Source of the DNA: an uncultured Spirochaetota bacterium
Lineage (GTDB): Bacteria > Spirochaetota > Spirochaetia > SZUA-6 > Fen-1364
Reading direction: 5' to 3'
Assembly: GCA_963820525.1 (NCBI GenBank)
Contig: CAWGAA010000001.1
Coordinates: 640,001 to 704,000 of the forward strand
Length of the DNA: 64,000 nt
The first letter of the stretch is position 1; each line of letters begins with the position of its first letter. Of the stretch, positions 40,308-51,319 are shown piece after piece. Position numbers and translations under genes: made by a program. The notes beneath the pieces are model-generated. The model was not told the origin of the DNA. It did no database searches and saw only the letters and a list, made by a program, of their open reading frames with translations.

Positions 40308-41678
40308 CTATCGAGCGTTCGCCAGCAGGGCGACGAGTTCGCTCACGCGTATCGATTCCAGGCTTTCCACCGCGTGTATGATGTCGGAGCGCAGCTTGGC
40401 ATCTGCATGGGCTCCGGCAAGACCGTCGAACTTGTGTACGACGTGCTGGAAAGACATGGGGCGGGTATGGAATCCTTCATAGTCCTTCTTCTCCTTCACC
40501 AATACCCTTCCGACGCGGAGCGTAACCTTCAAGCGGCAGGCCATTTCCTCGGGGAACCTCCTGCTGAGCTCTGCGTCTGGATGGACCGTGATCTTTCGAA
40601 GGAGAGACTGAATGTCTTCGCCGCCAATCCGCTCGGGGCGATACTGGGCCGGCATCACCTGGTCGTCCAGAACGGCCGCCGCAAGCATGTAGTGGAGGCT
40701 GTGATCCGCCTCCTCCTTGGTGCGGACCCGCGTCTTGTCCCCCTCTTCTCCGCCTCCGATGATGTTATACGCCACGTCGAAGGTCTCCAGTTCTATCTGC
40801 TTCACGTCATCTGCTCCGAACTCTCCCTCGCGCTTGAGCTCCAGGATCCCCTCGATGGCGGACTGGGAATGGATCTCCGCATTGAATCTCTTGACGATGG
40901 TGCGCGTGACGCGCTCCAGGTCCTCGCGCGACCAGTCGATGTGGAATCTTCCCGCGATCGCGTCCATGAATCCCTTGTTGCCCTCGAAGACCTCCAGAGG
41001 GCCGGTGATCCCGTGCTTGGCCAGGAAAGCCGCGTGCATGGCGCCGAATCCGGCGTTGGGGTACGCAAGCCCCTTCCAGTTGGACAGGGCACCGGTGCGC
41101 GTTACACGAAGCGCATTGAATGCCGTCCCCGCGATGGCGATGGCATGGGCGGTTTTTTCCCTATCCAGTCCGAGAGCCTTGGATATCCCGGCAGCCAGGC
41201 CATAGAGGCCTTGAACCGTGTGGTCGAACCCTTTGGCACGAACCGGCGCTTCGTCGCTCAGCCTGCACTGCACCTGGTACGCGATGGCCAGCGCGGTCAT
41301 GAGATCCCTTCCCGTGCCCCCCGCGTACTCGCAGCCTGCGAGCACCGCGGAGAGGTTGTCCGAGGGGTGGCAGGTTTCTCCCTTGGCGAGATAGCTGTCG
41401 TTGAAGTCAAGGTACCGAACGAGGGCGCCGTTTGCGAAGGATGCACGGTCGGGAGCCGTCTTCCCCCCGCCGATCACGGTGCACAATCCGTTTCCACCCA
41501 GCTCGCTCACCTGCGCAAGCACCCTCCGCACGGGCGGCCCATCAAGCGCCCCAAGCGCGCAGCCCAGCGCGTCCAGGACACGGACCTTCAACTGGGCGCG
41601 AGCTGCTTCGCTCAAATCCTCGAATGAGCGCGCGGCCACGAACTCGGCCAGAGATTGAACCAGCGTCTTTTTTTCCAT
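40308..41678 (-). CDS. MmgE/PrpD family protein (2-methylcitrate dehydratase-like)
   Basis: RYLDFNDSY, CHPSDN, GFDH, LSNWKG, EEADHSLHY. Confidence 0.9.
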   Translation of the reverse strand: MEKKTLVQSLAEFVAARSFEDLSEAARAQLKVRVLDALGCALGALDGPPVRRVLAQVSELGGNGLCTVIGGGKTAPDRASFANGALVRYLDFNDSYLAKGETCHPSDNLSAVLAGCEYAGGTGRDLMTALAIAYQVQCRLSDEAPVRAKGFDHTVQGLYGLAAGISKALGLDREKTAHAIAIAGTAFNALRVTRTGALSNWKGLAYPNAGFGAMHAAFLAKHGITGPLEVFEGNKGFMDAIAGRFHIDWSREDLERVTRTIVKRFNAEIHSQSAIEGILELKREGEFGADDVKQIELETFDVAYNIIGGGEEGDKTRVRTKEEADHSLHYMLAAAVLDDQVMPAQYRPERIGGEDIQSLLRKITVHPDAELSRRFPEEMACRLKVTLRVGRVLVKEKKDYEGFHTRPMSFQHVVHKFDGLAGAHADAKLRSDIIHAVESLESIRVSELVALLANAR

Positions 41679-42088
41679 CAAATAAAAAATAGTGTCGGGA
41701 GCACTATCCTGGCTACTTCCTAGTACACACGCTACGTGTCGCGGACGGAAACAAAGTTCCTGTTGAGCACGCAAAGTTTTTCTATTTAGAGGAGCCGGTA
41801 TTACGCTCCGAAACGACTTTAGCTTAATTTTCTATCTATACGATATTATGCCAATAACTAATCCTTGATTAACTTGCATGATGTCTTATAATACCTTTCG
41901 AATCTCGAGGAGTCGTTTCGGCGACATTCGAGTCCTTCTAATTATACTCATTTTAAGAGTTCGTAATGAGAACGAAGGGGAGATTTCTACGCTCTTTTAA
42001 ACAACTCTTGCGTATCCTGAAATTTCTTCTACGCAATAAAAAAAATTAATCACGCTCTGCAAATGTGGCAATTCAAATCTTCTACAGA

Positions 42089-43324
42089 TTAAAGGCCATC
42101 TGCCGGGCTTGTCACTCCCAGCTTATTCTTTGTGGCAACATGTGTATAAATCATCGTGGTCGAGACATCCGAGTGCCCCATGAGCTCCTGAATGCTTCTT
42201 ATGTCGTATCCCTTCTCCACCAGGTGAGTCGCAAAACTATGCCGCAAAGTGTGTATAGTGGCGTGTTTTACTATCCCGGCCTCCCTGACGGCTCGTCTGA
42301 AAGCCTTTTGAAGGGTCGTCGCATATACGTGATGCCTGCGAATGACGTGCGTCATTGGATCTATTGAAAGATTTTCAGAAGGGAATACCCAAAACCAACC
42401 CCATTCTTTGCTGGCGCTGGTGTATTTCCTATCCAGTGCTGCAGGGACGGTTACTCCCGCTTCCAATTTCGCCCTGTCCTGATTGTAGATGATCCTGACT
42501 CGCTCGAGATGTTTTTTCAGCATTTCAACGAGCTTATCCGCAAGGATAGTTTCACGGTCTTTGTCTCCCTTGCCGGACCGTATCGTCAAGCAGTTTCTCT
42601 CGAAATCGACATCCTTTATTCGCAAGGACAGACACTCCTGCAGCCTGAGGCCGCCGCCATAGATCATCGTTGCCATCAAACGCGCAGTTCCTTTCAGCTG
42701 TTCAAGTATTCTCTTCACCTCTTCTTGTGCAAGAACCACAGGAAGTCTTCTTTGGATTTTCGAAGGGACAACGGTACTCAAAGAGTTAATCTCTATTCCC
42801 AGAACATTCCTGTAGATGAACAATAATGCGTTAAATGCGAGCCTCTGTGTTGCTGCCGATATCTTCTTTTCCACTGCAAGGTATGAAAGGAAGCTCTTTA
42901 AGTCTTGTTCCGTGATCTTTCCACATTCCTTTTCACTGACATACGATCGAAAACGCGCTATCCACGACATATAAGATTTTTCCGTCCGGAACGACAAATG
43001 CTTCAGCCTCATTATCCGAGAGACGCATTCTACCAATTTCTTCCATGTCATTGCTTCCGGGTTTGGAATAACGAGTACCTTTCTGACCACCTGCATCCCT
43101 TTGCATGACAGATAATAGTTGTAGAGCTGAATAGCATACCGAGCCTGCTTTACCTGCCAGTCTTCGTATTTCTTGCTAATATAGGAAATGAAGCCGTTGA
43201 AGTTCTGATTATCTTTCGAGAATTGCCTATAGTTCGTATATATCTCAACCCATTTCTGATAAGCGAGTCTGTCTTTCTCTCTAATGTCCGCTTTGGCCCT
43301 AAGGAACTCTAAGTAGGATGTCAT
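42089..43324 (-). CDS. intI: Integron integrase with N-terminal extension
   Basis: Tyrosine recombinase motifs YGGGLR, KGDKDR, HTLRHSFATH, MGH..TTMIY, plus IntI-specific insertion ALDRKY..EWGWFWVFPS..RRHH; divergent from cassette array. Confidence 0.96.
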   Translation of the reverse strand: MTSYLEFLRAKADIREKDRLAYQKWVEIYTNYRQFSKDNQNFNGFISYISKKYEDWQVKQARYAIQLYNYYLSCKGMQVVRKVLVIPNPEAMTWKKLVECVSRIMRLKHLSFRTEKSYMSWIARFRSYVSEKECGKITEQDLKSFLSYLAVEKKISAATQRLAFNALLFIYRNVLGIEINSLSTVVPSKIQRRLPVVLAQEEVKRILEQLKGTARLMATMIYGGGLRLQECLSLRIKDVDFERNCLTIRSGKGDKDRETILADKLVEMLKKHLERVRIIYNQDRAKLEAGVTVPAALDRKYTSASKEWGWFWVFPSENLSIDPMTHVIRRHHVYATTLQKAFRRAVREAGIVKHATIHTLRHSFATHLVEKGYDIRSIQELMGHSDVSTTMIYTHVATKNKLGVTSPADGL

Positions 43325-43449
43325 AACATGTCTCCTCTCGCTTTATAGAGCAGCACTAGAACACAACGCCCAAACCATTACTGCTGCTTGAGGAGATTTT
43401 GGAGATTATCCGTCGATCTTTAGGCTATGCGAACAACCCCAGCGGCAAC

Positions 43450-43483
43450 TTTTCGATAAAACTCTATAATATAAATGTTATAT
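43450..43483 (+). other. attI site (crossover G/TT at 43477/43478)
   Basis: GTTATAT core not preceded by an attC; similarity to cassette 21 begins at this core; left boundary approximate. Confidence 0.8.
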
Positions 43484-43763
43484 CCAATCTAGATTTATAT
43501 TGATTATCGAATAGGCAACGAATTAGTAATTCAATAAAAAGAGATAATACGTGTTTCAATAGCTTGTTTAACCATGATGGCGTTGGCATTGCTCTGGAAG
43601 GATGGCGGTGTTGTACTAATGTTGCTTGCTTGCTCTTAGTTTCAATACACTGCACGTCACCGTGGCTTAATGGTCAACGATTTCATTATAGGGCTCGGAT
43701 CAAGCTCTTTCTCTTGAAACAACAACTCTTTTCTGTTGTCCTCAACACCATCATACTGGATGG
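43478..43763 (+). ncRNA. Cassette 1: gene-less family A (candidate structured RNA)
   Basis: ATGATGGCGTTG (43574-43585) pairs with CAACaCCATCAT (43743-43754); one visible difference from cassette 21. Confidence 0.55.
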
Positions 43764-43959
43764 ATATAACATGCTGTTGGAGTTGTCCGCCTAGGCTACG
43801 CGTCGTTACTTATAGCTACGTTTGCTAGGGTTCCTTCGGTTGCTGATTCGGGGCGGCAACTCAACAGCGTCGTTAGCTGCTTCTTTATTTCTTTTACACA
43901 TTTTCCTAGTCTGTATTGGCTTTATTTTCTAGATATGATTTAATATTTGTAGCATTACA

Positions 43960-44421
43960 ATGCCAACCTTTAGAAAGGCTACTATTTCCGATATCGAATC
44001 TCTAATTTCCTTGCGCTTATCTTTTATAAATGAACTACATAAAGATTCTCCTGCTACAGACATTTCTTTGGAAACGGATCTGCGATCCTATTTCTCACAG
44101 AATATTAAAAGCAATCAGTTTATCGCTTGGCTAGCTATTGAAAATGACCAGATTATTGCTACTAGCGGATTGACTTTCTATCTATTACCACCCAATTCCA
44201 AGAATCCATCTGGCAAAGTAGCGTATATAATGAATATGTACACCCTGCCACATTTTAGGAACAAAGGCATTGCAAATGAATTATTTAAAAGAATTATTAA
44301 AGAAGCTCAATCACTTGGATATACGGAGCTATGCCTTCATGCAACAGAAATGGCAATTGGTATATATAAGAAATATGGTTTTATTGAACCACATGATAAG
44401 GAGTTGATGAAATATATTTGA
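43960..44421 (+). CDS. Cassette 2: GNAT acetyltransferase
   Basis: AYIMNMYTLPHFRNKGIA, LHAT...IYKKYGF. Confidence 0.9.
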   Translation: MPTFRKATISDIESLISLRLSFINELHKDSPATDISLETDLRSYFSQNIKSNQFIAWLAIENDQIIATSGLTFYLLPPNSKNPSGKVAYIMNMYTLPHFRNKGIANELFKRIIKEAQSLGYTELCLHATEMAIGIYKKYGFIEPHDKELMKYI

Positions 44422-44587
44422 AAATAAGTCGCAATCATTTCAGCAATAATAGAATTTATTAATGAATATTAAGAGAAGCAGCTAACATGTCGTTGCAGCT
44501 GACCGCCCAAGCTACGCGTCGTCACTTTATACTACGCGCACATACTCGTTTGCTTTTCCTAATGCGGGGCGGCAGCTGAACTCATTG

Positions 44588-46827
44588 TTATATCCATCTA
44601 AATTTATATTGATTAGTGAAGAAGCATCGGATTATTAATTCGATAATAATAAAAGACGTATTTCAATTGCCTATTTGCCTATGATGGCGTTGGCATTGCT
44701 CTGGAAGGATGGCTGTGTTGTACTACATTGCTTGCTTTTCTTTAGTTTCAGTACATGGCACGTCACCTCGGCTTGCCAACACCGATTGCATTCAACGGCT
44801 CGGATCAAGCTCCTTCAATTGATTAGATAGATCTTTTCTGCTTTCCTCAACGCCATCATACTGGATGGATATAACATGCTGTTGGAGTTGTCCGCCTAGG
44901 CTACGCATCGTTACTGATAGCTACGCGCGCTGAAGCATTTGTACTTGGATGATTCGGGGCGGCAACTCAACAGCGTCGTTATCTCCATCTAGATTTATAT
45001 TGATTAGTAAATAAGCAACCAATTATTAATTCAAGAATATTGGATAATACGTTTTTCAATAGCTTGCTTTCCCATGATGGCGTTGGCATTGAGCGGGAAG
45101 GATGGCTGTGTTGTACTAGTTTGCCTGCTTGTTTTTAGGTTCAATACACTGCGCGTCACCTTGGCTTATTGTCACCGATTACATTATAGGGCTCTGATCA
45201 AGCTCTTTTAATTGATTCGATTGCTCTTTTTCTGCATTCCTCAACGCCATCATACTGGATGGAGATAACATGTCGTTGCAGCTGACCGCCCAAGCTACGC
45301 ATCGTCACTTGAAACTACGCGCGCTCAGGTATTTCTTTTTTTTGAGGCGGGGCGGCAGCTGAACTCCTCGTTATCTCCATCTAGATTTATATTGATTAGC
45401 AATGAAGTTAAGAATTATTAATTAAATAATCTTGGATAAGACGCTTTTCAATTTCATGTTTGCCCATGATGGCGTTGGCCTTTCTCTGGAAGGATGGCGG
45501 TGTTGTACTAGGTTGCACGCTTGTTTTTAGTTTCAATGCATGGCACGTCACCTTGGCTTATTATCACCGATTACATTCAACGGCTCGAATCAAGCTCTTT
45601 CAATTGATTCGCTAGATCTTTTCTGCTTTCCTCAACGCCATCATACTGGATGGAGATAACATGTCGTTGCAGCTGACCGCCCAAGCTACGCGTCGTCACT
45701 TGAAACTATGCGTGCTCAGCTATTTCCTTTTTTTGAGGCGGGGCGGCAGCTGAACTCCTTGTTATATCCATCTAGATTTATATTAATTAGTGAAGAAGCA
45801 TAGGATTATTAATTCGAGAATAATAAAAGACGTTTTTCAATCGCTTATTTGCCTATGATGGCGTTGGCATTGCTCTGTAAGGATGGCGGTGTTGTACTAC
45901 ATTGCTTGCTTTTCTTTAGTTTCAATACTTTGCACGTCACCTCGGTTTGCCAACACCGATTACATTCAACGGCTCGGATCAAGCTCCTTCAATTGATTCG
46001 ATAGATCTTTTCTGCTTTCTTCAACGCCATCATACTGGATGGATATAACATGCTGTTGGAGTTGTCCGCCTAGGCTACGCGTCGTTACTGATAGCTACGC
46101 GCGCTGAAGCATTTGTACTTGTATGATTCGGGGCGGCAACTCAACAGCGTCGTTATATCCATCTCAATTTAAATTGATTATCAATAAAGCATTGAATTAT
46201 TAATTCAATAATATAGGATAAGACGCTTTTCAATTTCATATTTGCCCATGATGGCGTTGGTATTTGGCGGGAAGGTTGGCGGTGTTGTATTACCTTGCCT
46301 GCTTTTCTTTAGTTTCAATGTATGGCACGTCACCTTGGCTTATTGTCACCGATTACATTCTACGGCTCGGATCAAGCTCTTTCAATTGATTCGATAGATC
46401 TTTTCTGCTTTCCTCAACGCCATCATACTGGATGGATATAACCAGTCGTTGCAGCTGACCGCCTAGGCTACGCGGCGTTAGTGAAAACTACGCGTGCTCA
46501 ATCATCTGTTCTTTCCTGATTCGGGGCGGCAGCTGAACTCCATGTTATCTCCATCTAAATTTACTTTGATTAGCAATGAAGTAAGTAAATATTAATTCAA
46601 AGATCTTGTATAAGACGTTTTTCAATAGCTTGTTTGCCTATGATGGCGTTGGCATTGCTCTGCAAGGATGGCGGTGCTGTACTAGGTTGCATGCTTGTTT
46701 TTAGTTTCAATGCATGGCACGTCACCTTGGCTTATTATCACCGATTACATTCTACGGCTCGGATCAAGCTCTTTCAATTGATTCGCTAGATCTTTTCTGC
46801 TTTCCTCAACGCCATCATACTGGATGG
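44588..46827 (+). ncRNA. Cassettes 3-8: six tandem gene-less family A cassettes
   Basis: Bodies 44588-44868, 44979-45262, 45371-45653, 45762-46042, 46153-46435, 46545-46827, each followed by its own attC; all have the perfect 12-bp long-range IR. Confidence 0.55.
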
Positions 46828-46964
46828 AGATAACATGTCGTTGCAGCTGACCGCCCAAGCTACGCGTCGTTACCTGAAACTACGCGTGCTAAGGTATTTA
46901 ATTTTTTTGAGGCGGGGCGGCAGCTGAACTCCTTGTTAGCCCGCATTGAGATGGTCAGGTAGAT

Positions 46965-47504
46965 ATGAAAGCAGCTATTCTCGAGTGGATAGTGTCAATC
47001 CTGATTGAACATAAGAGCTTACTCTCCATCGCGATCAAACAGCGTTCAAAGTTCGAAGGATGGCTGAAGTATGAACTTGCTAGTCGTATGCTAGCAAAGG
47101 GTGCAACTAGCATGGAGGTAGAAGCAGCGTATCCAAGTTCAAAAACCAGATCCGACATCCATCTGAAAATAAGTGGCAAGGACTACTACATTGAACTAAA
47201 AACAGCGAACACAAATTGGAACATTAAAGGCACTACGAAAAAGGCGAAACCCATTACGATGAATGTGAACGGAATCATTAAAGATATCGAGAAGCTACGG
47301 TCACTATGCGATAGAGGAATTAGTGCGTTCATCTTGTTTCCGGTTCCCCTTGAAAAAGAGAAGTATTGGAAGTACATGGAACGCATTTCAAAAGAAACCA
47401 ACATTGATTTGTCCAAAACGTTGAAGTTCAGAACAATGACGACAAGTCTTGGAGGCAAAGACAAGGCTGATATCCTTATCTGCGTCTTAGAGGTGTCCAA
47501 CTAG
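46965..47504 (+). CDS. Cassette 9: PD-(D/E)xK nuclease-like hypothetical protein
   Basis: FEGWLKYE...RSDI...YYIELK arrangement. Confidence 0.6.
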   Translation: MKAAILEWIVSILIEHKSLLSIAIKQRSKFEGWLKYELASRMLAKGATSMEVEAAYPSSKTRSDIHLKISGKDYYIELKTANTNWNIKGTTKKAKPITMNVNGIIKDIEKLRSLCDRGISAFILFPVPLEKEKYWKYMERISKETNIDLSKTLKFRTMTTSLGGKDKADILICVLEVSN

Positions 47505-47763
47505 ACAGCAGCAGTATCGCTAGGATGACCATGATACGCAAATAGGGTCTACAGAGCTAGGAAAATAAAACGGGAAAGAACAGACAATTCGAAATAAGCG
47601 CAATGGGATAATCAGAAAGATGTCACGAAACCGCAAGGACAATAAAATCGGCTGCGGGCTAACAAGTCGTTGCAGCTGACGCCGGGAGTTCCAGCTGTTT
47701 CGATTGAGTTTGGTCTACCGTGGTCCTTCGGTTGCTGATTCGGCGGCGCAGCTGAACTCCATG

Positions 47764-48047
47764 TTATATCCAATCTAGATTTATATTGATTATCGAATAG
47801 GCAACGAATTAGTAATTCAATAAAAAGAGATAATACGTGTTTCAATAGCTTGTTTAACCATGATGGCGTTGGCATTGCTCTGGAAGGATGGCGGTGTTGT
47901 ACTACATTGCCTGCTTGTCTTTAGTTTCAAGGCATGGCACGCCACCTTGGCTTATTATCACTGATTACATTCTACGGCTTAGATCAAGCTCTTTCTCTTG
48001 AAACAACAACTCTTTTCTGTTGTCCTCAACGCCATCATACTGGATGG
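47764..48047 (+). ncRNA. Cassette 10: gene-less family A (mosaic)
   Basis: Ends match cassettes 1/21; middle 47905-47981 resembles cassettes 5/7/8. Confidence 0.55.
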
Positions 48048-48271
48048 ATATAACATGCTGTTGGAGTTGTCCGCCTAGGCTACGCGTCGTTACTTATAGC
48101 TACGTTTGCTAGGGTTCCTTCGGTTGCTGATTCGGGGCGGCAACTCAACAGCGTCGTTAGACGCGTATAGGCTATCGTTCGAGTGTCTTTTTTCCATAAC
48201 CTTGAGCAAATGCTTGATAATCTACAATCAAGTCTTTCGTAAATAATTTATTTGCACCTGGAAATTGTTTC

Positions 48272-48808
48272 ATGCATATAACTCTCATGAGACACTTCAA
48301 AGTTCAATATCATTGGAAACCCTCTTATACTTCCGATGAATATGCTTCAGCAGATGCGGAATACGACAATGCAGATGTAATTGACCAACAAATACATCTT
48401 TCCAAAGAATATACAATGATTTTCGTAAGTACTTTAAGGCGGACTCAACAGACATTATACTATTTGTTTGGAAATGTTCCTTTTAAACAAACAAACCTAT
48501 TAGATGAAGTTCGGCTAGCTCCTTTTATGTATTCTAGAATCCGTCTCCCTCTTCTTATGTGGCTTATCATGGGTAGAATACAATGGTTCTTAAATATTAA
48601 ACGCCAACCAGAGGCCAGAACAGATACTATAAGAAGAGCCGAAGATTTTATAAAGACGATAAAAGCGCTAAATGGAAATGTATTAATTATAGGTCATGGC
48701 TTCTTCCTAAGAGTACTGGCGAGTAAGATTATTGGAATGGGATTTGTAGGAAAGGCTTTCGATTATTTACATAATGGTGAATATCATACATATTATTTCA
48801 AATCCTGA
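48272..48808 (+). CDS. Cassette 11: histidine phosphatase-family protein
   Basis: LMRH, STLRRTQQT, LDEV, IGHG. Confidence 0.8.
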   Translation: MHITLMRHFKVQYHWKPSYTSDEYASADAEYDNADVIDQQIHLSKEYTMIFVSTLRRTQQTLYYLFGNVPFKQTNLLDEVRLAPFMYSRIRLPLLMWLIMGRIQWFLNIKRQPEARTDTIRRAEDFIKTIKALNGNVLIIGHGFFLRVLASKIIGMGFVGKAFDYLHNGEYHTYYFKS

Positions 48809-48975
48809 AAAATATTAAATACTTAAGACTCTTTTAGAAGCTTTATATTGTTTATAATTCTTATACGCGTCTAACAAGTCGTTGCAGTTGACCGCCTAAG
48901 TTACGTTTCTTTACTTGAGACTATGTTTGCTAAGTTCCTTCGGTTGCTGATTCGGGGCGGCAACTGAACTCCATG

Positions 48976-49305
48976 TTATATTCACGCATATTGAAGATTC
49001 TTAGATAATTTCAGTATTAGTTCCCTGTATACGTATGCTTGAGTATTGCTATCATAAAGGGCTTTTTTCCTATTTGAGTAATGTTGTGAGATTCACCTCT
49101 TTCATTTCTTTTCTTTCCTTTGCGCGGGCCCTGGTAGTCACTAGGTCAAAGCTCGCGCCACTCTTTTGGTGGCCTCTCTTACCTTTTAACCTTGTTTTCT
49201 TTCGTTCAAGGTTGAAGTCTAGATTCAACCTGTTGCGGTCAGCTTTTTTCACTCTCTTATAGTTCTCTGCATCGGCCCGCGCTAGTCTCTTATGTTTCCG
49301 CGTAA
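48976..49305 (+). ncRNA. Cassette 12: divergent gene-less family B
   Basis: Retains GCGCGGGCC (49122-49130), GCTCGCGC (49151-49158), GGCCCGCGC (49274-49282) and the TGTTTCCGCGTA end. Confidence 0.5.
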
Positions 49306-49447
49306 ATATAACAAGTCGTTGCAGCTGACCGCCTAGGCTACGCGTCGTTAGAAATAACTACGCTCGTTCAAGTATTTGTTCTTTCTTGATTCGGGGCGGC
49401 AGCTGAACTCCATGTTATCCGTTCATCAGAAAGGTGGTAACAAAATA

Positions 49448-50110
49448 ATGGCAATTGCTCAAGTTGTTCTTGAATATATCAAGATATTGATATGGCCCCT
49501 AAGTGTCTTTATTTTCGTAATTATCTTCCGCATTCCACTTATAGAATTCCTTAGAAAAGTTCGTCACGCTGATCTTCCAGGTGGGTTGTCGCTTGATCTA
49601 CAAGAAAATATTCTTGAAGCTAAAGAGCTATCGCGAAAAGTTCAGAAAGAATATCACCAACAAGATGATACTCAAAAGCCATCTATTCCATTAACAGAAG
49701 CCAATGCTAGAATAATTCAATTGGGCCTTATGCCCTCTCCAAGTGGCCTTGATATGAATTATTACCGTGCACTAGCAAATCAGGATCCAACACTGGCATT
49801 AGCTGGACTAAGAATTGAAATTGAAATATTGGCAAAGAACCTTGCAAAAGGATTTAAGGTTACTATCAGAACCAATGATTCAGGACATATTTTACTTAGG
49901 AAATTGGCAGATAGTGGCGCTATAACACAAAACCAATTTCGCCTTGCCGAAAGAGTATTGCAATTATGCAATATTGCAATTCACGGTCAATTTGTTTCAC
50001 TTGAACAGACTGATAAAATACTCGAAATATCAGATATCTTAGCAGAGCAATATATTTCTTGGCTTAGCTGGGGGTTTAGCGATAATTGGAAGCTAATGAA
50101 TGAAAAATAA
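49448..50110 (+). CDS. Cassette 13: hypothetical membrane-anchored protein with C-terminal HEPN/DUF4145-like segment
   Basis: RBS AAGGTGG; N-terminal TM (LIWPL); C-terminal LCNIAIHG resembles an RxxxxH motif. Confidence 0.6.
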   Translation: MAIAQVVLEYIKILIWPLSVFIFVIIFRIPLIEFLRKVRHADLPGGLSLDLQENILEAKELSRKVQKEYHQQDDTQKPSIPLTEANARIIQLGLMPSPSGLDMNYYRALANQDPTLALAGLRIEIEILAKNLAKGFKVTIRTNDSGHILLRKLADSGAITQNQFRLAERVLQLCNIAIHGQFVSLEQTDKILEISDILAEQYISWLSWGFSDNWKLMNEK

Positions 50111-50251
50111 CCAAAGTGATACATATTTTATCTTACATGAACGGATAACAAGTCGTTGCAGCTGACCGCCTAGGCTACGTTTCGTTGCAGCCAACTACGC
50201 TTACTAAAGTATCTGTTCTTTCTTGATTCGGGGCGGCAGCTGAACTCCATG

Positions 50252-51319
50252 TTATATCCATCTAGATTTATATTGATTAGCAAATAAGCAACGAATTATT
50301 AATTCAATAATAGAATATAATACGCTTTTCAATAGCTTTTTTGCCCATGATGGCGTTGGCATTGTTCTGGAAGGATGGCGGTGTTGTACTACATTGGTTG
50401 CTTGTTTTTAGTTTCAATGTATGGCACGTCACCTTGGCTTATTGTCACCGATTACATTCAACGGCTCGTATCAAGCTCTTTCAATTGATTCGATAGATCT
50501 CTTCTGCTTTCCTCAACGCCATCATACTGGATGGACATAACATGCGGTTGGAGTTGTCCGCCTAGGTTACGCGTCGTTACCGATTGTTACGCTTGCTATG
50601 GTTCCTTCGGTTGCTGATTCGGGGCGGCAACTCAACCGCGTCGTTATCTCCATCTAGATTTATATTGATTAGCAAATAAGCAACGAATTATCAATTCAAG
50701 AATATTTGATAAGACGTTTTTCAATATTTTGCTTTCCCATGATGGCGTTGGCATTGGGCGGGAAGGATGGCGGTGTTGTACTAGTTTGCCTGCTTGTTTT
50801 TAGGTTCAACACACTGCGCGTCACCTTGGCTTATTGTCACCGATTACACTATTGGGCTCGGATCAAGCTCCTTTAATTGATTCGATTGCTCTTTTTCTGC
50901 TTTCCTCAACGCCATCATACCGGATGGAGATAACATGTCGTTGCAGCTGACCGCCCAAGCTACGCGCCGTTATTCGAAACTACGCGCGCTCAGGTATTTC
51001 CTCTTTTTGAGGCGGGGCGGCAGCTGAACTCCTTGTTATATCCATCTAGATTTATATTGAGTAGCAAATAAGCAACGAATCATTAATTCAATAATAGAAT
51101 ATAAGACGCTTTTCAATGGCTTTTTTGCCCATGATGGCGTTGGCATTGTTCTGGAAGGATGGCGGTGTTGTACTACATTTGGTTGCTTGTTTTTAGTTTC
51201 AATGTATGGCACGTCACCTTGGCTTATTGTCACCGATTACATTCGACGGCTCGTATCTAGCTCTTTCAATTGATTCGATAGATCTTTTCTGCTTTCCTCA
51301 ACTCCATCATACTGGATGG
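50252..51319 (+). ncRNA. Cassettes 14-16: three tandem gene-less family A cassettes
   Basis: Bodies 50252-50534, 50644-50927, 51036-51319. Confidence 0.55.

Noticed and set aside
4597..41678. Numerous long overlapping or antisense ORFs (e.g. 22633-24456, 40374-41627, 8861-10018)
   Set aside because: Shadow frames of well-supported genes in GC-rich DNA, with no recognisable motifs.
43325..43476. Pc promoter or LexA box between intI and attI
   Set aside because: TATAAT at 43465-43470 has no recognisable -35, and no convincing LexA palindrome was seen.
43478..43573. Canonical sigma70 promoter in the family A leader
   Set aside because: A conserved TTGATT and AT-rich tract exist, but I found no consistently spaced -10 across copies; promoter activity remains possible but is unsupported.
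43574..43754. Family A as a retron msr-msd (12-bp a1/a2-like IR around ~160 nt)
   Set aside because: No reverse transcriptase in the window and no long near-perfect msd hairpin; only the size and IR resemble a retron.
43478..43763. Stop-codon recoding giving one long minus-strand protein in family A
   Set aside because: The frame contains TAA and TAG as well as TGA, and neighbouring genes use TGA as stop.
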